This document shows positions 8,575 to 14,330 of a stretch of 14,330 nucleotides of DNA, piece after piece. Position numbers and translations under genes: made by a program. Each line of letters opens with the position of its first letter. Within the stretch, counting starts at the first letter, position 1. The stretch is taken from positions 1-14,330 of the IMG/VR virus record IMGVR_UViG_2695420809_000009; one strand, written 5' to 3'. Source of the DNA: a virus (Duplodnaviria > Heunggongvirae > Uroviricota > Caudoviricetes). The notes beneath the pieces were generated by a model that worked only from the letters and a program-made list of their open reading frames with translations, did not search any database and was not told the DNA's origin.

Positions 8575-9095
8575 TATGCAGCCCTTACGATAAAGTTAAA
8601 TGCAATATTTCGTGGACGGGTCTCACTCCCGCCAGTATTACCGATACTCCCTCGTGAATGAAGTGTCGGTGATGGGATCAGACTCCCTCCTGTATTTGTG
8701 GCATCAAGTCCCCGTCCTTGTGTGTATGTTTTTTTGAAAATCGTAGCCAGTTCCCATTCATCTTTTGTGTCGTAACCATCATTGGCAACAACAATATGGC
8801 GGTGTTTTTCCAGCATCCCAGCCTGAAGGCTCAATAAAGCACGTCCAGCATCAATACCACGCCCGTCATCCCAGCCACGAATAAACTCACCACGTAAATC
8901 TGGCAATTTATTTGTCGGGTAAGCCTTTGCCAGTTCCGGGTATTCTTCAGCAGAAAAAGCTGCTCCGTTGCATTTCAGCCAGCCTGTTGGCGGAGTGGCT
9001 GAAGGCCACGGAACAGGGACACCAACAGGTAATGCAGAGCCTTCTCCCAAACCAACGTTTAAGAAAATGCAGAGATTATGGCTAACTGGCATCAT
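8574..9095 (-). CDS. tail-fibre variable C-terminal segment with tail-collar-type receptor-binding motifs
   Basis: 173-aa ORF beginning MMPVSHNLCIFLNVGLGEG; motifs PVPWP...GWLKCNGAAF...LPDLRGEFIRGWDDGRGID are typical of Mu/P1/e14-type fibre distal domains; the crossover site lies in codons about 10-18. Confidence 0.75.
   Translation of the reverse strand: MMPVSHNLCIFLNVGLGEGSALPVGVPVPWPSATPPTGWLKCNGAAFSAEEYPELAKAYPTNKLPDLRGEFIRGWDDGRGIDAGRALLSLQAGMLEKHRHIVVANDGYDTKDEWELATIFKKTYTQGRGLDATNTGGSLIPSPTLHSRGSIGNTGGSETRPRNIAFNFIVRAA
9042..9067. other. 26-bp hix/gix/cix-like crossover site (right)
   Basis: TTCTCCCAAACCAACGTTTAAGAAAA, in inverted orientation to the left site and differing from it at one position. 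Confidence 0.65.
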
Positions 9096-9160
9096 CCCCG
9101 GTTTTTACTCAGGGGAATGCTCATGCTTATTGGCTATGTCCGCGTATCAACAAATAACCA
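9042..9160. repeat. right arm of inverted repeat
   Basis: Reverse complement aligns to 7083-7201 (see left arm). Confidence 0.75.
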
Positions 9161-9677
9161 GAATACGGAATTACAGCGTAATGCGCTGGAGTGTGCAGGA
9201 TGTGAGCTGATTTTTGAAGACAAGATAAGCGGTACAAAGTCCGACAGACCAGGACTGAAAAAGCTGCTCAGGACATTATCGGCAGGTGACACGCTGGTGG
9301 TCTGGAAACTGGACCGACTGGGGCGCAGTATGCGGCATCTTGTCGTGCTGGTGGAGGAGTTGCGCGAACGAGGCATCAACTTTCGTAGTCTGACGGATTC
9401 AATTGATACCAGTACCCCAATGGGGCGCTTTTTCTTTCATGTGATGGGTGCCCTGGCTGAAATGGAGCGTGAACTGATTGTTGAACGAACAAAAGCTGGA
9501 CTGGAAGCAGCTCGCGCACAGGGACGAATTGGTGGACGTCGTCCCAAACTTACACCAGAACAATGGGCGCAGGCCGGGCGATTAATTGCATCAGGCGTTC
9601 CTCGCCAAAAGGTGGCGATCATCTATGATGTTGGTATATCGACACTGTATAAGAAGTTTCCGGTCGGAGATAAATGA
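9123..9677 (+). CDS. Pin/Gin/Hin/Cin-family serine DNA invertase (copy 2)
   Basis: 184 aa from ATG at 9123 (MLIGYVRVSTNNQNTELQRNAL...); roughly 85% amino-acid identity to copy 1 by eye, so the two are diverged rather than recently duplicated. Confidence 0.9.
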   Translation: MLIGYVRVSTNNQNTELQRNALECAGCELIFEDKISGTKSDRPGLKKLLRTLSAGDTLVVWKLDRLGRSMRHLVVLVEELRERGINFRSLTDSIDTSTPMGRFFFHVMGALAEMERELIVERTKAGLEAARAQGRIGGRRPKLTPEQWAQAGRLIASGVPRQKVAIIYDVGISTLYKKFPVGDK

Positions 9678-9719
9678 AACCGTAGCACGTCGTATGCAAG
9701 AAGATCGTGCTGCGGTTTA
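9678..9719. terminator. stem-loop between convergent pin copy 2 and the GIY-YIG gene
   Basis: AAACCGTAGCACG ... CGTGCTGCGGTTT, a 13-bp stem with one G-T wobble and a 16-nt loop; no clear U-tract on either strand. Confidence 0.3.
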
Positions 9720-9737
9720 TGCTTATCACTTAAAGAC

Positions 9738-10607
<870 letters not shown>

Positions 10608-10687
10608 CTAAGTCTTTGAATTTACATAGTACAAAAAAGATACTTTTCCTCATAATGTGAATTAATTTTATGTTTCGTTTGATGATT

Positions 10688-10753
10688 GGACCGGTCTCGA
10701 AAACCGGAGTAGGGGCAACTCTACCGGGGGTTCAAATCCCCCTCTCTCCGCCA
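10688..10753 (+). other. 3' fragment of a tRNA-Ser(CGA) (serU-like) gene, an integration-site scar
   Basis: GGACCGGTCTCGAAAACCGGAGTAGGGGCAACTCTACCGGGGGTTCAAATCCCCCTCTCTCCGCCA: anticodon arm with CGA anticodon, long variable arm, T-arm and CCA end; no 5' acceptor or D-arm sequence upstream. Confidence 0.7.
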
Positions 10754-11335
10754 CTTTATCAATGACTTATCTCCCGACTTCCCGCCTTGCTTTTCCTAAA
10801 CAGAACAATCGTAGAATATTCTTGAAGGGTTAGATCGTCACTGTTTTCTGTTCGATACTGTGACATTCAGCACTTGATTCGCTATGGATCTGACAGGAAG
10901 GTTTCGAGCGAAAATCTGCAGTTATTCAGTCGTTTTCTTATCGGTCACCATTATTCTTTTAGACATTGATCCTACAAAGCTGCCGCAAAGTTGGTGGTGG
11001 GAACTGAAGTTGCGTAGAGAAGGGGTCAATACCCGGAGGCAAACATGGGCTGGCAAAAGTGTAGCGGTATTAGGCGCAGCTATTTAGCCTAGTTATGTTT
11101 TATGAAAACTTGATATCATATAAGTGTCTTACTTATTGGCTGTAAATAAGTTTTTCCTAAGGAATTGTTTCTTGAGTATCATTTGTAACTGTAACGGAAT
11201 TTATAATCCTTTGCTTTATTGTTACGGTATTTTTTATCACACCCTATTTTTAGTGGTTTTTTATACTGAAGTTTGGCAAAGTGAACTTTATATACATATA
11301 CTTCATCCTAGTTTCAGTTAAATTGGGTGGATGAT

Positions 11336-12079
11336 ATGGCAACTACATGTTCAGTTATATTGATTTTGGAGTCCTTTGATGTTTATTTCGGAAAAGAGAG
11401 TGTGTTTCTGGAGAGAGGTTCATCTGTACTTGTCGACTCTAGCTCTAGAGATTTTTTCCTGACATATCCTGAAAGAGTGATAGTGGCGGATTTTGGCGCT
11501 GAGTTTATTAGTCGCTATTTGAAAGCTAATAACTTAAGGGATATTTCTGATTGTAGGGAATATCCATCTTATTTAAAAATAAACTTTGCTGACTTCAGTT
11601 TAATTAAAGGATTAATTAGTTGGGCTAATCACTGTGCTGAATACATAGAAATTTTTGATGAGTCTATTGCTTTTACATGTCTCTCTGCATTTTCTTCTGA
11701 AAAACAATTTGGAGTATTTCTGTTTGGATGTTTGAAAAGCACAGGGGCTAAAGTTAAAACGATTATTCATACGGATTTATCTGCACCATGGCGTCTTAAG
11801 GATATATCATCAAGATTATATCTCAGCGAAAGTTTACTAAAGAGGAAATTGAAAGAAGAGGGGGTATCATTCAGTAAGATCATACTTGATGAGAGGATGC
11901 AAATGGCTGAATATTTACTCAGCACTCGTTGTTATCCTATTAGTAAAGTAGCTAAGGTCTGTGGTTATGCCAGTGTCTCATACTTTACTTATGTATTTAG
12001 ACGTTATTTTGGTGTTTCTCCAAGTCAATACTCTCAGAGGAGTTCAGAAAGTAAAATTCTTACTCACCAGGGAATCTGA
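11336..12079 (+). CDS. AraC/XylS-family transcriptional regulator, AppY/EnvY/Rns-like
   Basis: 247 aa from ATG at 11336, preceded by GGTGGA; N-terminus MATTCSVILILESFD resembles AppY; C-terminal double HTH signature (WRLKDISSRLYLSES...VAKVCGYASVSYFTYVFRRYFGVSPSQY); AT-rich codon usage. Confidence 0.8.
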   Translation: MATTCSVILILESFDVYFGKESVFLERGSSVLVDSSSRDFFLTYPERVIVADFGAEFISRYLKANNLRDISDCREYPSYLKINFADFSLIKGLISWANHCAEYIEIFDESIAFTCLSAFSSEKQFGVFLFGCLKSTGAKVKTIIHTDLSAPWRLKDISSRLYLSESLLKRKLKEEGVSFSKIILDERMQMAEYLLSTRCYPISKVAKVCGYASVSYFTYVFRRYFGVSPSQYSQRSSESKILTHQGI

Positions 12080-12087
12080 TCATTGTT

Positions 12088-12545
12088 CTTGCCCCCTTAT
12101 TTCCAGACAGGGGGTGTATCTTAAGTTAACGTTACCCGCTGACGTCGATATTCTCGCGGAGAGCGATAACCCAACGCACTGTGCGGATGGTTTTCATTGT
12201 AATGTTCGATCGCCACTGCAAGATTATGCAATGCCGTTCTTACATTCGGTTTCGGCATGAACGCGATGTAGTCTTCCTTCATCGTTTTCACGAACCTTTC
12301 TGCAATTCCATTACTCTGAGGACTGCTGATTGCCGTTGTGCAGGGCTCCAGATTCAACTCTCTGGCGAACTGCCGTGTTTCATGCGCTCTATACGCTGAA
12401 CCGTTATCTGTCAGCCACTGGATGGACTGTTCCGGTACTTTATCGCCAAAGCGTTTTTCTATCGCTCCTAACATGACATCCTGCACTGTCGCTTTATCGT
12501 AACCTCCCGTGCTTGCGGCCCAGTCTATGGCTTCACGATCGCAAC
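12088..12545 (-). mobile_element. IS2-like (IS3 family) element remnant, 3' portion only
   Basis: Reverse complement of 12088-12120 resembles the IS2 right terminal repeat (...TGTCTGGAAATAAGGGGGCA); the transposase-coding match stops abruptly near 12545. Confidence 0.6.
12121..12486 (-). pseudogene. IS2-like transposase (InsD/OrfB) C-terminal fragment
   Basis: 121-aa ORF (...[25 protein letters not shown]...[20 protein letters not shown]...[14 protein letters not shown]) aligns to the C-terminal third of IS2 InsD as I recall it; the catalytic N-terminal two-thirds are missing. Confidence 0.7.
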
Positions 12546-12833
12546 AGTCCAGGGCGATTCATCTGGGCCAATCCTTGCTCATAACAGGCATTCACTTCAG
12601 TCATGGCAGAAAGGTATGCATGCTGGAGAAGTCGTGAAAGAAAAGAAGACTGCTGCGCCGTTTGTCGTCACGTTTATCTTCATTGGCTATGCAAGTCGTA
12701 ATACAAGGTGGGACAAAACTGAGACACATAAGGCCTCGCAATGGCTTGCAAGGCTTTACATGTTTTGATGTGGTGGGACGTGTGAGCGCAGTGTTGATGG
12801 GGTAATGCTTTGAATTAGAAGCGGATTCTTATA

Positions 12834-12878
12834 ATTCGTAATGCGAAGGTCGTAGGTTCGACTCCTATTATCGCACCA
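12834..12878 (+). other. 3' fragment of a tRNA-Thr(CGU) (thrW-like) gene, an integration-site scar
   Basis: ATTCGTAATGCGAAGGTCGTAGGTTCGACTCCTATTATCGCACCA: anticodon loop with CGT, T-arm and CCA end; one base shorter in the acceptor 3' strand than my recollection of thrW; no 5' half upstream. Confidence 0.6.
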
Positions 12879-13032
12879 TTCTAACGTCTCCCCAAGTCTA
12901 CTCAAGTATTTAAAAACCTCTTATAATCAGTATATTAATGCCCCTTTTAGTCTTTTGACGTCTATTTAAGTACCCCAAACTCTACAAGCAATTGAGGGGA
13001 TTTGCTGTTCAGTTTAGTGGAGATACCCCCAA

Positions 13033-13371
13033 GTGAAACTCAATGCCCGTCAAATAGACACTGCCAAGCCAAAAGAGAAGGCTTACAAGTTGGCTGATGG
13101 TGGTGGTCTGTACCTCCTGGTAAAACCTGGTGGAGGAGAATATTGGCGTCTCAAGTATCGTGTAGCTGGTAAAGAGAAGCTGTTAGCACTAGGTGTGTAT
13201 CCTGAGGTCACCTTAGCTGATGCTCCTGCAAAACTTGAAGAAGCTAAAAGAGGTATCTCTGGGGGAATCGATCTGATGGAAGTGAAGCGAGAGGAAAAGA
13301 TTGCCCGGGAAACGCAGTTAAACAACACCTTCAAAGATATTGCCCTTGAGTGGCACAGTAACAAATTATAA
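13033..13371 (+). pseudogene. P4-type tyrosine integrase, N-terminal fragment only
   Basis: 112-aa ORF (GTG start) with the N-terminal arm-binding signature AKPKEKAYKLADGGGLYLLVKPGGGEYWRLKYRVAGKEKLLALGVYPEV; stops after about 110 aa where full integrases run to about 400 aa; lies directly 3' of the tRNA-Thr fragment. Confidence 0.75.
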
Positions 13372-13805
13372 TCACAATAATAGTGTATATAATTATACAT
13401 TGTATGCTTGGTAATCATATAATGATAAAAGCTTCCGATAATCAGTATGAGATTTGTCCTTAAACTCCGGGACATGCTTTTCTAAATCTTCCAATGGTAT
13501 ATGTCCATTTATACAAATAAAATTCTAGTGATAAATACCTTCAGGTATGATTAGACAACATCTTTATTCGATGGGGGTTAATCTATATTTGATATCTTTC
13601 TTTTAAATAACAACGCCATTAAAAACGCTTTGTTTAATGACGTTTTTTTATTGTTTCCTATATAAAGCCTAACCAGCATAAACATTGGTGGCTCTTATGC
13701 TCATTGTAATTAAATGAGAGTGTGATTAATGTCTTTATATATTCTGGTAGTTATTCTCTCCAGAAGAATACATTGTAAGAAGATGACTGTTAGCATGTTT
13801 TAACA

Positions 13806-14300
13806 TCAATTAACATTAAGGTTTGATAATAATTTTTTGTTGGCGAGTTCAAATGTTTTCATTTCATCATCTGATAGCCCGCTCCAGATTTTCTTTAGCA
13901 TTACATTTTGAGTGTTTATTAGTTTTTGAGCAAGTGTAACTCCGTCAGGGGTTAAGCAAATACTTTTGCTTCGACGATCGTTTTTATTATTAATTCTTTT
14001 GGCAATATTCTTTTTTTCTAATTTGTCTATGATGTGTGTGATGTTTGTTTTGGAGAATTGTAACTCCTTGTAAATATCAGAAGGGGACTGACAATAATCA
14101 TCAGACATATATAATGAAACTAACACCATAAATGTTGAAGTGTTTATTCTATACTCGCTCAATTCATTTTCTATAATACTCTGGATTTTGTCATTTACTC
14201 TAATATATAAGTGTATTAACAGACTCTCCTGAGCCGGGTATGCCGGATTTTTGATTTTTTTGTAGTTTGTTATAGTTTTTAATAAATCTATATTATTCAT
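13806..14300 (-). CDS. MarR-family (winged-helix) transcriptional regulator
   Basis: 164 aa from ATG at 14300, preceded by GGTGGA; central DRRSKSICLTPDGVTLAQKL resembles the MarR/SlyA wing region; strongly AT-rich; the ORF-track start at 14330 is at the window edge. Confidence 0.55.
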   Translation of the reverse strand: MNNIDLLKTITNYKKIKNPAYPAQESLLIHLYIRVNDKIQSIIENELSEYRINTSTFMVLVSLYMSDDYCQSPSDIYKELQFSKTNITHIIDKLEKKNIAKRINNKNDRRSKSICLTPDGVTLAQKLINTQNVMLKKIWSGLSDDEMKTFELANKKLLSNLNVN

Positions 14301-14330
14301 AATTCCACCACACGGCAAAAGAAAACTCAT

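Larger units (their letters stand above)
2780..9677. mobile_element. defective P2-like prophage remnant (tail-end genes only) joined to an invertase-flanked tail-fibre cassette
   Basis: Gene order on the minus strand: pin, sheath/tape-measure fusion, U, D, ogr, ending next to host ybjL. No head, lysis, replication or integrase genes are present. Boundaries are approximate. Confidence 0.6.

Noticed and set aside
8968-9622. ORFs 8968-9210 (+), 9134-9379 (-) and 9437-9622 (-)
   Set aside because: Overlap the fibre segment and pin copy 2 in other frames or on the opposite strand; shadows.
10884-11321. 67-aa and 65-aa plus-strand ORFs in the AT-rich gap
   Set aside because: No ribosome-binding site; low-complexity, Phe/Leu/Ile-rich translations typical of AT-rich non-coding DNA. 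Cannot fully exclude a small protein.
11961-12399. ORFs 11961-12260 (+) and 12181-12399 (+)
   Set aside because: Overlap the 3' end of the AraC-like gene and the antisense strand of the IS2-like transposase fragment.
12803-12878. Possible complete tRNA-Thr gene
   Set aside because: Only the 3' ~45 nt match; the 5' acceptor strand and D-arm cannot be formed from the upstream sequence.
13083-13475. 130-aa minus-strand ORF
   Set aside because: Antisense to the integrase N-terminal fragment and running into AT-rich non-coding DNA; no motif.

Overview
The window runs from conserved E. coli-type core genes (grxA, ybjM, ybjL; 1-2620) into a defective P2-like prophage tail-end remnant read on the minus strand (ogr, D, U, and an in-frame tail sheath/tape-measure fusion; about 2856-6411). 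Next is a roughly 1.9 kb tail-fibre inversion cassette (7176-9067) bounded by 26-bp hix/gix-like crossover sites and, unusually, by a Pin/Gin-type serine invertase gene on both sides (6554-7120 minus, 9123-9677 plus). Just past the right invertase is a solitary gene with a full GIY-YIG nuclease motif set and an unrecognised C-terminal half (9738-10511, minus); this is my best candidate for an undescribed cargo or defence function. The remainder (10688-14330) is visibly AT-rich mosaic DNA: a 3' fragment of tRNA-Ser(CGA), an AppY-like AraC regulator, an IS2-like remnant, a 3' fragment of tRNA-Thr with a truncated P4-type integrase, and a MarR-like regulator. All calls rest on reading the supplied ORF translations and the DNA by eye and on recalled reference sequences; no searches or computations were run.
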